64,000 nucleotides of DNA from an uncultured Poribacteria bacterium (GCA_951813565.1 OX638351.1:1-64000); one strand, 5' to 3'. Shown: positions 37,296 through 48,523, counted from the stretch's first letter. Made by a program: numbers and translations. Notes: generated by a model from the letters alone, not told the origin.

Positions 37296-40200
37296 TTAGC
37301 GCGTCAGAGCGAGCTTAAGAATGGCGTATTCTGGCTCGAAACCATCTGTTACTTCTATCTGACAGTAATAGATGCCGCGAGCTAAGTCTTCGCCACCGCT
37401 GGTTTTTCCGTCCCAACCGATTCCGTTATTGCCAGTATAATCTCCAGCATTCATAACCACGTTATCCCGTAGGACTCGAACTGGTCGGAGCGTAGCGTCA
37501 TAAATGACAATACGAACCGTGGACATTCTGTTAAGTCCAAAGGAAATCCGTGTGTTATCCTTGAACGGATTGGGGAAGTTAAACGGTTTCATCAATATAG
37601 GTGCATCCGTATACTCAACGAAGAAACTGAACTGGTATACAGCTGTGTTAGCTTCGCGAGCTCCATCGCTTTCTTCAGAGACATTGCCCTGTTTTTGCGC
37701 GTTGTCGGATACCTCCAGTTTAACCACATGTTCACCAGGGGCAAGTCGATCAGTAAAGACAGGAGCCGCAGGTGTATAAACAACCTGTGTAGCTGACTTC
37801 TGCTTATCCGTGAGGTTAATCGGAGTCACTAAGGTTCCTCCACCCCATTTCGGTGCTTCTATAACAAGCTTGATAGAATCGACATTCACACCTGTTTCAG
37901 CATCGGCAAAAGTGATTGAGATGGTTGGTCTCGCTTCTTCGTCGTGCTTATACATCAGGCGTGCACCGTTCTGAGGTGAAGACGTTGTGATGATTGGTGC
38001 AGCGGTATCAAAATCAACTGTAAATACACCGCCACTTGTAGAGGAATTACCAAACGCATCTGTCGCACGAACTTCAATCGAGTAAGTACCCTCAGAAAGG
38101 GGTGCTTCAGGATGGAAGTCTAAGCGGGTGATACCTGCATTGGTTCTATCCTCATCGTCATCTGTAGTGTCACCTTTCACCTCTTCACCATTACTATCCA
38201 TTACGACGATAGCCATTTCTTCAACACCTGAGTCGTCGGTGGCACTCGCCGAAATAACCGGGAGTCCCGCATGAATAGTCCCAGCAGGAGTGATTGTGGA
38301 AATTATCGGAGGAGATTGATCTACCTCCAACGTGAATTGCCAACTAAACTCTCGTGTTCCACCTTCACTGGCCACTATGAGTTTAATGGTATGTGGTCCC
38401 GGTGTAAAGCTTTCTATAACCTCGAACTTGCTTTCAGCTCGTTCAACAGGATAAGAATTAGCCGGCAGTTGACCATCAATAACGTACTTCACACTTGATA
38501 AAGCAGATTCATCATCAGTGATCACAGCAGCGATGGTTATCGCAAAGTTTTCATCCAAGGTATTCTGCTTATTCAGTTGAACCACTCCAGATGGTGACAC
38601 TTCTGAAATGACAGGAGCCGTTGAATCCAACTTCACATTAAAGACAACAGTTGCCTGCGCTGTTTTATTATTTTCATCAGTGACTTCAACAAAGACGGCA
38701 TGTTCACCGTTACCCAAAACTGGGTCAGGCGTATAAGTGAACTGATTATCTTCGCTTATTTCTCGTTCAGCATCTTCACCGTTGACAGTAAATGTAGTTA
38801 CCTCAACATCTGTCATACCAGAAAATTCACCTCTGATAACAGGTCCACCGTGATCGTAGGTTTGACCTGGAGCAGGTGAAAGAATCGCTACTGACGGACC
38901 CGGTATATCCACCATGAAGTCAGTTGATGTCTTGGCGGTTCTGCCGTTAGCATCTGTGACAACAACAGTAACCACGTGTGGATCATCACTCAGCGCATCT
39001 GTTGGTGTGTAGGTGAATTCATTGTTGTCGCTACCGACTAACTCAACAGCTTCACCCTCATCAATAGAAAGTGTAACCTTTATAGGAGCAGCACCTGAGA
39101 AATCACCAGCGATAATCGGCATACCATGCTCATATACCTGACCAGCTGTAGGTGTTTGAATAGAGACTTTTGGAACCGGCAATCTTATGGAGAAGATTGC
39201 AGTCGCATCAGCACTCTTACCATTCACATCCGTGACTTTAGCAACGAGTGTATACTTGCCATCCTCTAACGCTCCATCATTATCGACATCTTTTTCAGGA
39301 AGCGTATACGCAAATTTGCTGCCATCGTCAGCGTCTGCTGAGACAACGTCACCATCAAGCGTAAGGATTAGTGAGTCAATATCAGCAACACCTGAATACT
39401 CACCTTGAATAACAGGATCACTAATATCATACATTTGACCTGCATCAGGCACATGGATCATAACCGTCGGACCCGGTATATCCACCATGAAGTCAGTTGA
39501 TGTCTTGGCGGTTCTGCCGTTAGCATCTGTGACAACAACAGTAACCACGTATGGATCATCACTCAGCGCATCTGTTGGTGTGTAGGTGAATTCATTGTTG
39601 TCGCTACCGACTAACTCAACAGCTTCACCCTCATCAATAGAAAGTGTAACCTTTATAGGAGCAGCACCTGAGAAATCACCAGCGATAATCGGCATACCAT
39701 GCTCATATACCTGACCAGCTGTAGGTGTTTGAATAGAGACTTTTGGAACCGGCAATCTTATGGAGAAGATTGCAGTCGCATCAGCACTCTTACCATTCAC
39801 ATCCGTGACTTTAGCAACGAGTGTATACTTGCCATCCTCTAACGCTCCATCATTATCGACATCTTTTTCAGGAAGCGTATACGCAAATTTGCTGCCATCG
39901 TCAGCGTCTGCTGAGACAACGTCACCATCAAGCGTAAGGATTAGTGAGTCAATATCAGCAACACCTGAATACTCACCTTGAATAACAGGATCACTAATAT
40001 CATACATTTGACCTGCATCAGGCACATGGATCATAACCGTCGGACCCGGTATATCCACCATGAAGTCAGTTGATGTCTTGGCGGTTCTGCCGTTAGCATC
40101 TGTGATTTCAACAGCAACCATGTGTTCACCATCACTCAGCGCATCTGTTGGTGTGTAGGTGAATTCATTGTTGTCGCTACCGACTAACTCAACAGCTTCA

Positions 40201-43200
40201 CCATCATCAATAGAAAGTGTAACCTTTATAGGAGCAGCACCTGAGAAATCACCAGCGATAATCGGCATACCATGCTCATATACCTGACCAGCTGTAGGTG
40301 TTTGAATAGAGACTTTTGGAACCGGCAATCTTATGGAGAAGATTGCAGTCGCATCAGCACTCTTACCATTCACATCCGTGACTTTAGCAACGAGTGTATA
40401 CTTGCCATCCTCTAACGCTCCATCATTATCGACATCTTTTTCAGGAAGCGTATACGCAAATTTGCTGCCATCGTCAGCGTCTGCTGAGACAACGTCACCA
40501 TCAAGCGTAAGGATTAGTGAGTCAATATCAGCAACACCTGAATACTCACCTTGAATAACAGGATCACTAATATCATACATTTGACCTGCATCAGGCACAT
40601 GGATCATAACCGTCGGACCCGGTATATCCACCATGAAGTCAGTTGATGTCTTGGCGGTTCTGCCGTTAGCATCTGTGACAACAACAGCAACCGTATACTT
40701 ACCATGACTTAATGCTTCTGCAGGCGTGTAAACGAATTGGTTATTGTCGCTACCGACTAACTCAACAGCTTCACCATCATCAATAGAAAGTGCAACCTTT
40801 ATAGGAGCAGCACCTGAGAAATCACCAGCGATAATCGGCATACCATGCTCATATACCTGACCAGCTGTAGGTGTTTGAATAGAGACTTTAGGAACCGGTA
40901 ACCTTACTGTGAAGATAGCTGTTGCTTTCGCCATTTTACCGTTAGCATCAGTTACTTCAGCAACGAGCGTGTATTCACCATCATCTAACGCATCAGTCGG
41001 CGTATAAGTAAACGTGTTATCGCCGGCTGCTGTGACAGCTGCACCGTTAAGGGTAAGACTTAGTGATACTGGAGCAGCAACACCTGAGAACTCACCATGA
41101 ATAACCGGTCTGCTGATATCATACATTTGCCCTGCATCAGGCACATGGATCATAACTGTCGGACCCGGTATATCCACTGTAAATTCAGTTGATGCTTGTG
41201 CCATGCGGCCGTTCGCATCTGTGACAACAACAGTAACCACGTGTGGATCATCACTCAACGCATCAGTTGGTGTATAAGTGAATTCATTACCACTTACTTC
41301 CATCACAGCTACACCATCAATGGAGAGTGTACCCGCTACCGGGTCTGCGCCTGAGAAATCACCTGTGATAATCGGCATACCATGCTCATATACTTGACCA
41401 GCTGTAGGTGTTTGAATAGAGACTTTTGGAACCGGTAGCCTTATTGTGAAAATAGCTGTTGCTTTCGCCATTTTACCGTTAGCATCAGTTACTTCAGCAA
41501 CGAGCGTGTATTCACCATCATCTAACGCATCAGTAGGCGTATAGGTAAACATGCTATCACCGGCTGCTGTGACAGCTGCACCGTTAAGGGTAAGACTTAG
41601 TGATACTGGAGCAGCAACACCTGAGAACTCACCATGAATAACCGGTCTGCTGATATCATACATTTGCCCTGCATCAGGCACATGGATCATAACTGCCGGC
41701 CCCGGTATATTTACCGTGAAATCAGTTGATGTTTCAGCAGTTCTACCGTTTGCATCTGTGACAACAACAGTAACCACGTGTGGACCATCACTCAGCGCTT
41801 CTATCGGTGTGTAGGTGAATTGGTTATTGTCACTACCGACTAACTCAATAGCTTCACCATTATCAATAGAGAGTGCAACCGCTATAGGAGTATGATCAGC
41901 ACCTGAAAAATCACCGGCGATAATCGGTTTGCCGTGATCATAGACTTGACCTGCAGCAGGTGTAGTAATTGTGGCTGTCGGAACTGGTAATTCTACTGTA
42001 AAGGTTAGAGATGTTTCAGCAGTTAGACCGCTACCATCTGTAACTTCAACAGCGACTGTGTAGTCTCCGTCACCTAACGCTTCGGTAGGCATATAAGTGA
42101 AGTTATTTTCATCTACTTCTGCAGTCATATCTGCATCGTTAATGGTAAACTTCGTAATGCTAACATCACCACCGCCGGTAAAGAAACCGGTGATTTCTGC
42201 CGGACTGTGATCAAAGTTCTGCCCGGAAGCGGGTGCGGTAATAATAACAATCGGATCTTCACCTTCAACAGCAAACGTTACTGCCTGTGTGCCTACGTTG
42301 CCAAGTCTATCTGAAACTTGGACTGTGAACATATAGGCGCCACCAGCAAGTTTGTCTGTGCGAGTATAGACGACAGAGTCTATATCCTGCTCAACCATAC
42401 TCTGATCAACAGGAATAGGAACTGCGTCCTGAACAACTTCTTCCGGACGGAGGCGATCTAATAAAACCTCAGCTGTATCCGCCATACTTACACCGCTACC
42501 CGATGGTTTAGTTGGATCAGTATCTCTTTCTGGATTCAGATCTATGAAACTTGCGAGGAGCGTTGGTAAGTCATTAACTGTAACCCCTTCCGTAGGTGTT
42601 TCAATAGTGATCGTTGGACCGGTGTTGTCCAAGTTAATCATCGCTAACGGGAAGGTCAAAAAACCGTTCCGTTTGGTTATGCGTCCGAGCGGTGTATACC
42701 ATCCGTCCGCTAATTCTGAAAGTTTATCTGCCATCAGTGAGAAAGCGTTCTCAGCATCACTGCCAGCAGTAAATGTTACTTCATGTCCATCAACGAGAAC
42801 ACCTGTAAGGTCTCCAACTGCTAATGAACCGTTATTAACATTGAAACTCACAGCAATTGATTCTTTGAGAGGGAACCTGCCTTGAAGTACTCCAACAGTT
42901 TCTTGGAGTACGTGCCTGTCTGGCGATTCACCATCCACTGCCGTTACAGTCAGGTCAGTAATGTCACTTAAACGGATGTTTAGAACATGAACGGTGATAA
43001 CTGGTGAAGGCATATCACCTTGCACCTGTACATTACCGAATTCATCAGCAACGAGCGCATGATACATATATGGACCATTTGCAAGAAGACCAACATCAAT
43101 TGTAATGCTTCCTTCTTCAAGACTACCATCTGTTTCAGTCACTGTTCCATCAGGAGCAGTTTGAACCAGAACAGTCTTTCCTCCGACATAAGTGTTCGGA

Positions 43201-46200
43201 TCAGCAGTCGGTTCAATGGTAAACGTAACATCCGTTGGATACAGAGCTGGATCATCAGCGATTAAACTGACAGTGTAGCTACCATCTTCATCCGCAGCAA
43301 TAGAACCTGCTACATCGGCAACATCAGTGATGTTTGTCGGACCGAGTGGCGGCACATCATCAACATTGTCTAATGAGAAGAAAGCTTCCACACCATCACG
43401 ATCGTGATATTCACGACCATCGCGCGGTGGTTCTTCACGTTGATTCATGTTCTGAGGTGTAAGCGAAATTGCACGCACCTCATACTGGTTATACTCGCGT
43501 GTATCTTTGGAAGCATCGCGTTCAGCAGCATCACCACGTTTAATTGTATCATCCAGTTTGATGGTTTCATCCGGTTTGTCGGTGCCTTCCAGTGCCAAAT
43601 GACGGGTATCCGCTCTAACAGACCATTTCTGATAGCCTGCAGGGATTCCAGGAATTCCTACTTCCGATTCCCCACCAGACACAGTGCCTGCCTGCGTGAT
43701 TCCGACAAGACCTCCAACGATACCTGCCAAATCGGATTCATCAACCATAACAGGTGGTTCAACGGTTCCAGTAATACGTTCCCAAGTTGTATCACCTCGA
43801 CGTCTTCTTACCTCAAACCGAACGCCTTCTGTTAGTGGTGAAGTCATACCGTAGGTATACGCTGTGAAAAGGAGGTCCCCTTGCGGTGCGCCGCTGTCAG
43901 GATTCGTTTCCGTTTCCGGATTCAAATTTTCAACAGTGATAGCTATCACACCTGGATCGTGTCTGTAGGAGTTCATAACATTCACTGTGGTTTTGTTTTC
44001 AACAGTGTCTATTATTTCACCACTTTCGGCACGATCATGGGTCTGATCATTCATGTCCGCGTCATAAGCCAGAGCGTGGACTTGGAACGTAAAGACTCCA
44101 CCTTTTGGATTCTCAAATAATTCCTCTGAATTTTCGATATAACTGTCTTCAATATATCTATCATTGTAGACCAATTCGTCAGCATCCATGAGTGTGCCAA
44201 CATCAATCGTTACAGTAAAGACACCGCTACCTTCGGCAGTTTCGGTGATGTCTCCGATAATAGCATCTTCAGGAAGAGTTGTTAGTAACTTCACCGATGC
44301 ATAGGTGTTACGTGCGGCTGTTGGTGTAATGGTGAATGTAACGACAGGAGAGTTGACTTCCGGATCGTATTTATCAACGAGACCACCAACTGTGTAAGTT
44401 CCGTCACCATTGTCTATAAAGACACTGGTATCCTCATACGCGTCAGTCATTGTTGCGACAATGTTCGTCGGGCCGAGCGGACCAACGTCATCAACGTTGT
44501 CTAACGAGAATTTCTCGGTAAACATGTCACCTTCAGCGACTCCATCTGCATCGTCACCATCACTGGTAACTGGGTATGCACGCACCATATAGCGGTTGCC
44601 ATCCAGGTCCACATACGTCATTCCCCCAGCATGCGCAGCATCGAGATTCTCTTTAGTGATGCTGTCTGGCAAACCCAAAGCAACGGTATCTAAATCAAGA
44701 GACCATTGGATGTAGCTGCTGGTGTCATGAATATGTAACATATCGTCTTTATAGACATCTGCTAAAGTGTTACCTTTAAACATAACAGCGGTTATCTTAT
44801 CGCCATCAATGCCATGTTCAGGTTCAGTCATTACTTCAACAGTGCCAACATCTGTCCACGTTTCGCCATCCATACTGACATCAACACGAATAGAGTTAGT
44901 TGCTGGAACTGTCCGACGTGCAGCATATCCGGTAAGCATGATATTGCCTCTCGGTGCGCCACTATCAGGACTCGTATCATCTATGATAGATGCATCATCA
45001 ACCTCAACAACTAAGACCTTCGGATCAACTGGGAAAACGTCTGGATCAAGCGTGATCGGGAACGGATCAGATTCAGACGTGAGTTGGAGACCGTTGGTTG
45101 TTACAGTACGAACCATTACGGCATCGCCTGCCAAATCAGCAGGGGCACTCCAATCAATTGTAAGCGGATCTTCGGTAGCACCTTCACCTTCGACTAAATT
45201 AAGTCCGCCGATATTCTGCCAAGTGCCAGCCGCGTCCATATACTGGACCATGATAGTTCCTGGATGGACTGTGCGTTCATCTTCATCGACTGTAACGGTT
45301 AGCGTTACATCTCTGGCATTCTCATAGATAGTACCGCTTTCATACGGGTCATCTTTACCATTATGGTTGATGTCACCCAAACTTGCCATGGTAACGCTCG
45401 CCCTATCATATTCAGGCGCAACGATTTTAAGATGCGTTGGAGCAACATGAGAACCGACATTAAAGAGTGTATCAATACCCATTGCACGTATCCCGAAATT
45501 ACCTTCTAAGAGCTCTAAATTCTCACCTTGAATAGGCATCATCATGACACGTGTCGTATCATAGGTTATCGGTATCAAATTAAGGTCTTGAACTGCAGCA
45601 CCTATTAAATCAACAAGCAACGCGCTTTGTTCCTCAGTAAGTTTTATTCCAAAGGGTTTCAAAAACGGATTTGCGAACTGTTGAACCAACTGGGCGTTTA
45701 ACAGAGTTAACACATCATCCAATTCTAACGCCGCGGCCGCCTGTAGAGCCGGATCGGACTGTCCTTCCAACTGTTCTCTGACAATCTTCCAGATATCCGA
45801 TGCTACCATAGAATTCTCAACCGTCAAACGCAACCACGTATCTGCCGGATCCGGTTTACCGTTTTCGTCCAATGGAATCATTTGATAAATAAGATACCCT
45901 TTACCCTCACCTACGTCAGAACTTGAACTTGTAATGTTCAAATAAGCAGCACCTGCGTTAGGAGACGTGGCAACCCAAGCACCTGCGGAATTCTGATAAC
46001 CGGTAACGTTTTCTCCGAAGTTATGTTCACCGTCTCCAAACATAATGTCTGCTGCAGGAGCAGTGGTGTCCACCTCAAAGTCAACCATAATCCGATCCAC
46101 AGGTTCGTTATTTGCATTATATACAACGGCTTCTAAGTTAGAAGCACCATCATAAATTGAATCAATATTAGCAAACCAAAATGAACCCGTTTCTATATCA

Positions 46201-47900
46201 ACTTCTGGCACACTGAAGACAGAGGCTAACAACGGATCGAAATTTCCACCGCGATATACTACGCCATTTTCATCAGGTTTGCCTTCAAAGGGACTGGTCA
46301 ACCTGTTGACATTGCGGAAGAACAGATTCTGGAGCTTATTGATTTCTCTTTGTGGAATTGCATTTGCAATCGCTGCACCTTCTATTGGTTCGCCAGCATA
46401 AGCAGCAGCAATAAGTGGCCTAACTTCAGGTAAATTCAGAAGCGTAAACATAGCGGCCTGTAAATCCGCATCAAATAATGCTTCAATGATACCACGTTCT
46501 GCCAATTGAAGGTTGCGCGGATCGGGCATTGACCAGTTTTGGATTTCATATACCTTTATGACGTCTGCAGTAGACGTTCCAGCAGCAGCAATTTGAATAA
46601 GCGCTTCAGGATTTATCACCTCTAACTTCACTGGATTGGTAAGTGTCACTTCAAAATAGTAAAAGACATTACCTTTCGGATAAATTCCGAATTCAAATTC
46701 CCAAACACCATCGCTATTTCGTTCCATAGGATGGGAATCAAAGTCCTCTCCGTCTACCGAATACCGGAGTACAACGCTTGAGAAGATTTCGGTATCTGAA
46801 CCTGGCCATGCGGGTAGGTTCGCCGCTGCAAGCGATTCGTCCAATCGGAAGGTATAAGGAATAGTATCCTGTTGAAATTCAACTGGTGTAATCCTTTTAC
46901 CCTCTACTGTCCGGCCATTAAGATTAAATTTAACATTCCCACCTTCAAGCACAGATGGAACGCGTACATAAACGTTCAGGTTATCACTTGTCAGGTATTT
47001 TTTAACGTCAAAATTGCCGGTGGAAATATCAGCAAAGTCTGAGATAACAAGACTGGGCGTAATAGCATTCCCAAAGTTCTCAAAATCTAACTGCGATCCC
47101 TTTCCTTCAGCAAAAACAGAAAAAGGTTGTTGAGAAGCTAAAATCTGTTTAATCACACCCTTGGGGAGAATCCCCTGCGGGATTTGCGCTAAAATAAAAT
47201 CAACTACAGGCTCCACTAACGGGTCTGCACTTGATGCGGGTAATCCAGCTGCTTTAACAATTTCTCGAACAAAAGCTCTTCCAGAAACTCTGTTAAGTGA
47301 AAGACCACCAAGCCGTGACAGACCATTTAGGTTTGAAGGGGGAAGATCAACTGGCGGTTCAACCGGTGGATCAACTGGCGGTTCAACCGGTGGATCAACT
47401 GGCGGTTCAACCGGTGGATCAACTGGCGGTTCAACCGGTGGATCAACTGGCGGTTCAACCGGTGGATCAACTGGCGTTGCAGCAAGCAGTCCCTGGAGTT
47501 CCTTAACTGCCTCTGTGTCCTGCAGCAAAGTCCGAACTTTTGGGGCCTCTAAAAGTGCTCGGATATCTTGGTCATTTGTGAGTAAACCTATTTGTTCGTC
47601 TGTCACATCCGGCGCAACCTGTCTTATCAGAACAGGAGTTGCCAGTACCAAATCTAACGCAGGACCAAGTCCACCGAGTGCAACAATGGTAGGATTCTGT
47701 AAAGTTGCAGGATCGCTCAGTGCTGTGAGAACTTGATCGACCAGATCCTTAAGATCCTCACGCAAAAGCGTATCGCTGTATTCATCATACACCTGTTGGG
47801 CTAAAGACGCGTCATCTTGCCCAAACACAGTGCCTGGAATTGAACTGTGAAATATACACAATGTAAAAATCAAAAAACAAACAAGTGTTCGTTTTTTCAT
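37296..47900 (-). CDS. Giant (3534 aa) secreted protein with Pro-rich linker, tandem Ig-like domains and FlgD/T9SS type-A-like C-terminal domain
   Basis: Signal peptide; (PPVD/PPVE)n; ~90-100-aa Ig repeats; C-terminal FNFPNPF..WDGKTSGGEDLARGIYYCQI; GAGGAGG RBS. Confidence 0.88.
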   Translation of the reverse strand: MKKRTLVCFLIFTLCIFHSSIPGTVFGQDDASLAQQVYDEYSDTLLREDLKDLVDQVLTALSDPATLQNPTIVALGGLGPALDLVLATPVLIRQVAPDVTDEQIGLLTNDQDIRALLEAPKVRTLLQDTEAVKELQGLLAATPVDPPVEPPVDPPVEPPVDPPVEPPVDPPVEPPVDPPVEPPVDLPPSNLNGLSRLGGLSLNRVSGRAFVREIVKAAGLPASSADPLVEPVVDFILAQIPQGILPKGVIKQILASQQPFSVFAEGKGSQLDFENFGNAITPSLVISDFADISTGNFDVKKYLTSDNLNVYVRVPSVLEGGNVKFNLNGRTVEGKRITPVEFQQDTIPYTFRLDESLAAANLPAWPGSDTEIFSSVVLRYSVDGEDFDSHPMERNSDGVWEFEFGIYPKGNVFYYFEVTLTNPVKLEVINPEALIQIAAAGTSTADVIKVYEIQNWSMPDPRNLQLAERGIIEALFDADLQAAMFTLLNLPEVRPLIAAAYAGEPIEGAAIANAIPQREINKLQNLFFRNVNRLTSPFEGKPDENGVVYRGGNFDPLLASVFSVPEVDIETGSFWFANIDSIYDGASNLEAVVYNANNEPVDRIMVDFEVDTTAPAADIMFGDGEHNFGENVTGYQNSAGAWVATSPNAGAAYLNITSSSSDVGEGKGYLIYQMIPLDENGKPDPADTWLRLTVENSMVASDIWKIVREQLEGQSDPALQAAAALELDDVLTLLNAQLVQQFANPFLKPFGIKLTEEQSALLVDLIGAAVQDLNLIPITYDTTRVMMMPIQGENLELLEGNFGIRAMGIDTLFNVGSHVAPTHLKIVAPEYDRASVTMASLGDINHNGKDDPYESGTIYENARDVTLTVTVDEDERTVHPGTIMVQYMDAAGTWQNIGGLNLVEGEGATEDPLTIDWSAPADLAGDAVMVRTVTTNGLQLTSESDPFPITLDPDVFPVDPKVLVVEVDDASIIDDTSPDSGAPRGNIMLTGYAARRTVPATNSIRVDVSMDGETWTDVGTVEVMTEPEHGIDGDKITAVMFKGNTLADVYKDDMLHIHDTSSYIQWSLDLDTVALGLPDSITKENLDAAHAGGMTYVDLDGNRYMVRAYPVTSDGDDADGVAEGDMFTEKFSLDNVDDVGPLGPTNIVATMTDAYEDTSVFIDNGDGTYTVGGLVDKYDPEVNSPVVTFTITPTAARNTYASVKLLTTLPEDAIIGDITETAEGSGVFTVTIDVGTLMDADELVYNDRYIEDSYIENSEELFENPKGGVFTFQVHALAYDADMNDQTHDRAESGEIIDTVENKTTVNVMNSYRHDPGVIAITVENLNPETETNPDSGAPQGDLLFTAYTYGMTSPLTEGVRFEVRRRRGDTTWERITGTVEPPVMVDESDLAGIVGGLVGITQAGTVSGGESEVGIPGIPAGYQKWSVRADTRHLALEGTDKPDETIKLDDTIKRGDAAERDASKDTREYNQYEVRAISLTPQNMNQREEPPRDGREYHDRDGVEAFFSLDNVDDVPPLGPTNITDVADVAGSIAADEDGSYTVSLIADDPALYPTDVTFTIEPTADPNTYVGGKTVLVQTAPDGTVTETDGSLEEGSITIDVGLLANGPYMYHALVADEFGNVQVQGDMPSPVITVHVLNIRLSDITDLTVTAVDGESPDRHVLQETVGVLQGRFPLKESIAVSFNVNNGSLAVGDLTGVLVDGHEVTFTAGSDAENAFSLMADKLSELADGWYTPLGRITKRNGFLTFPLAMINLDNTGPTITIETPTEGVTVNDLPTLLASFIDLNPERDTDPTKPSGSGVSMADTAEVLLDRLRPEEVVQDAVPIPVDQSMVEQDIDSVVYTRTDKLAGGAYMFTVQVSDRLGNVGTQAVTFAVEGEDPIVIITAPASGQNFDHSPAEITGFFTGGGDVSITKFTINDADMTAEVDENNFTYMPTEALGDGDYTVAVEVTDGSGLTAETSLTFTVELPVPTATITTPAAGQVYDHGKPIIAGDFSGADHTPIAVALSIDNGEAIELVGSDNNQFTYTPIEALSDGPHVVTVVVTDANGRTAETSTDFTVNIPGPAVMIHVPDAGQMYDISRPVIHGEFSGVAAPVSLSLTLNGAAVTAAGDSMFTYTPTDALDDGEYTLVAEVTDANGKMAKATAIFTIRLPVPKVSIQTPTAGQVYEHGMPIITGDFSGADPVAGTLSIDGVAVMEVSGNEFTYTPTDALSDDPHVVTVVVTDANGRMAQASTEFTVDIPGPTVMIHVPDAGQMYDISRPVIHGEFSGVAAPVSLSLTLNGAAVTAAGDNTFTYTPTDALDDGEYTLVAEVTDANGKMAKATAIFTVRLPVPKVSIQTPTAGQVYEHGMPIIAGDFSGAAPIKVALSIDDGEAVELVGSDNNQFVYTPAEALSHGKYTVAVVVTDANGRTAKTSTDFMVDIPGPTVMIHVPDAGQMYDISDPVIQGEYSGVADIDSLILTLDGDVVSADADDGSKFAYTLPEKDVDNDGALEDGKYTLVAKVTDVNGKSADATAIFSIRLPVPKVSIQTPTAGQVYEHGMPIIAGDFSGAAPIKVTLSIDDGEAVELVGSDNNEFTYTPTDALSDGEHMVAVEITDANGRTAKTSTDFMVDIPGPTVMIHVPDAGQMYDISDPVIQGEYSGVADIDSLILTLDGDVVSADADDGSKFAYTLPEKDVDNDGALEDGKYTLVAKVTDVNGKSADATAIFSIRLPVPKVSIQTPTAGQVYEHGMPIIAGDFSGAAPIKVTLSIDEGEAVELVGSDNNEFTYTPTDALSDDPYVVTVVVTDANGRTAKTSTDFMVDIPGPTVMIHVPDAGQMYDISDPVIQGEYSGVADIDSLILTLDGDVVSADADDGSKFAYTLPEKDVDNDGALEDGKYTLVAKVTDVNGKSADATAIFSIRLPVPKVSIQTPTAGQVYEHGMPIIAGDFSGAAPIKVTLSIDEGEAVELVGSDNNEFTYTPTDALSDDPHVVTVVVTDANGRTAKTSTDFMVDIPGPSVAILSPAPGQTYDHGGPVIRGEFSGMTDVEVTTFTVNGEDAEREISEDNQFTYTPDPVLGNGEHAVFVEVTDENNKTAQATVVFNVKLDSTAPVISEVSPSGVVQLNKQNTLDENFAITIAAVITDDESALSSVKYVIDGQLPANSYPVERAESKFEVIESFTPGPHTIKLIVASEGGTREFSWQFTLEVDQSPPIISTITPAGTIHAGLPVISASATDDSGVEEMAIVVMDSNGEEVKGDTTDDDEDRTNAGITRLDFHPEAPLSEGTYSIEVRATDAFGNSSTSGGVFTVDFDTAAPIITTSSPQNGARLMYKHDEEARPTISITFADAETGVNVDSIKLVIEAPKWGGGTLVTPINLTDKQKSATQVVYTPAAPVFTDRLAPGEHVVKLEVSDNAQKQGNVSEESDGAREANTAVYQFSFFVEYTDAPILMKPFNFPNPFKDNTRISFGLNRMSTVRIVIYDATLRPVRVLRDNVVMNAGDYTGNNGIGWDGKTSGGEDLARGIYYCQIEVTDGFEPEYAILKLALTR
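38895..40900 (-). repeat. 573-bp (191-aa, two Ig domains) near-identical tandem repeat, about 3.5 copies
   Basis: Identical shadow ORFs at 39187, 39760, 40333 (573-bp period); more diverged units continue to ~42000. Confidence 0.92.
47345..47475 (-). repeat. 24-bp perfect tandem repeat, about 5.5 copies (PPVDPPVE)
   Basis: GATCAACTGGCGGTTCAACCGGTG repeated. Confidence 0.95.
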
Positions 47901-48523
47901 TAACTTTTCCTCCTCGTTAAGTCTACGCGAAAACGAGACTAAATACTGAAGTTTTTAGAATGGGCAAGCAGAAACACGATAAAACGACAGGAGGTAGGTG
48001 TCTGCCCATCTAAATTAACATCCTACTACCAAGTATTAAATTTTTTCCGTATACGTAACTCAACCCTTAGGATATAGTATCATATATCCGTAATATCAAG
48101 TCAAAAGCAGGCAAAATTGGGCACCGAAGTTCTGTATTGACCAGCGGGGAATCTCTATGGAAGGTTCACATAACAGATTCGAGTGATTACGTAACATAAA
48201 TTTATTGACTTAAAGTTTGATCATAATATAAGAACATCTGTTATTTTAACAAAAATGACAAATTAAGCAAGCATTTTAATCGGCACGCGGCGTTTAATTT
48301 TAGAAATTTGGTAAATTTCCCCGCCTATTTGTTTATCATCGATTAAATTGCAATCGGCATTTAATATAATACCATAATTTTAAAAGTATGTCAAATCAAA
48401 TTGGGAACTTTTTATTTAAAATTTCGGGCATATTTGGACAAAAATTCAATTTCCGATTGACATAATACCAAAAAACGAATAAATTGTCAACAAAAAAGAT
48501 TTCTGTTAAAGGAAAATCTATGT

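Noticed and set aside
39187..40554. Three identical 73-aa + strand ORFs; possible DGR template/variable repeats
   Set aside because: Antisense shadows of the 573-bp repeat; differences are patchy, not adenine-specific, and no reverse transcriptase is present
47161..47736. GGST-repeat ORF on the + strand
   Set aside because: Antisense shadow of the PPVD/PPVE repeat in the giant gene
48020..48520. Long intergenic region as tRNA, riboswitch or tracrRNA candidate
   Set aside because: No cloverleaf or known riboswitch consensus recognised; consistent with AT-rich divergent promoters
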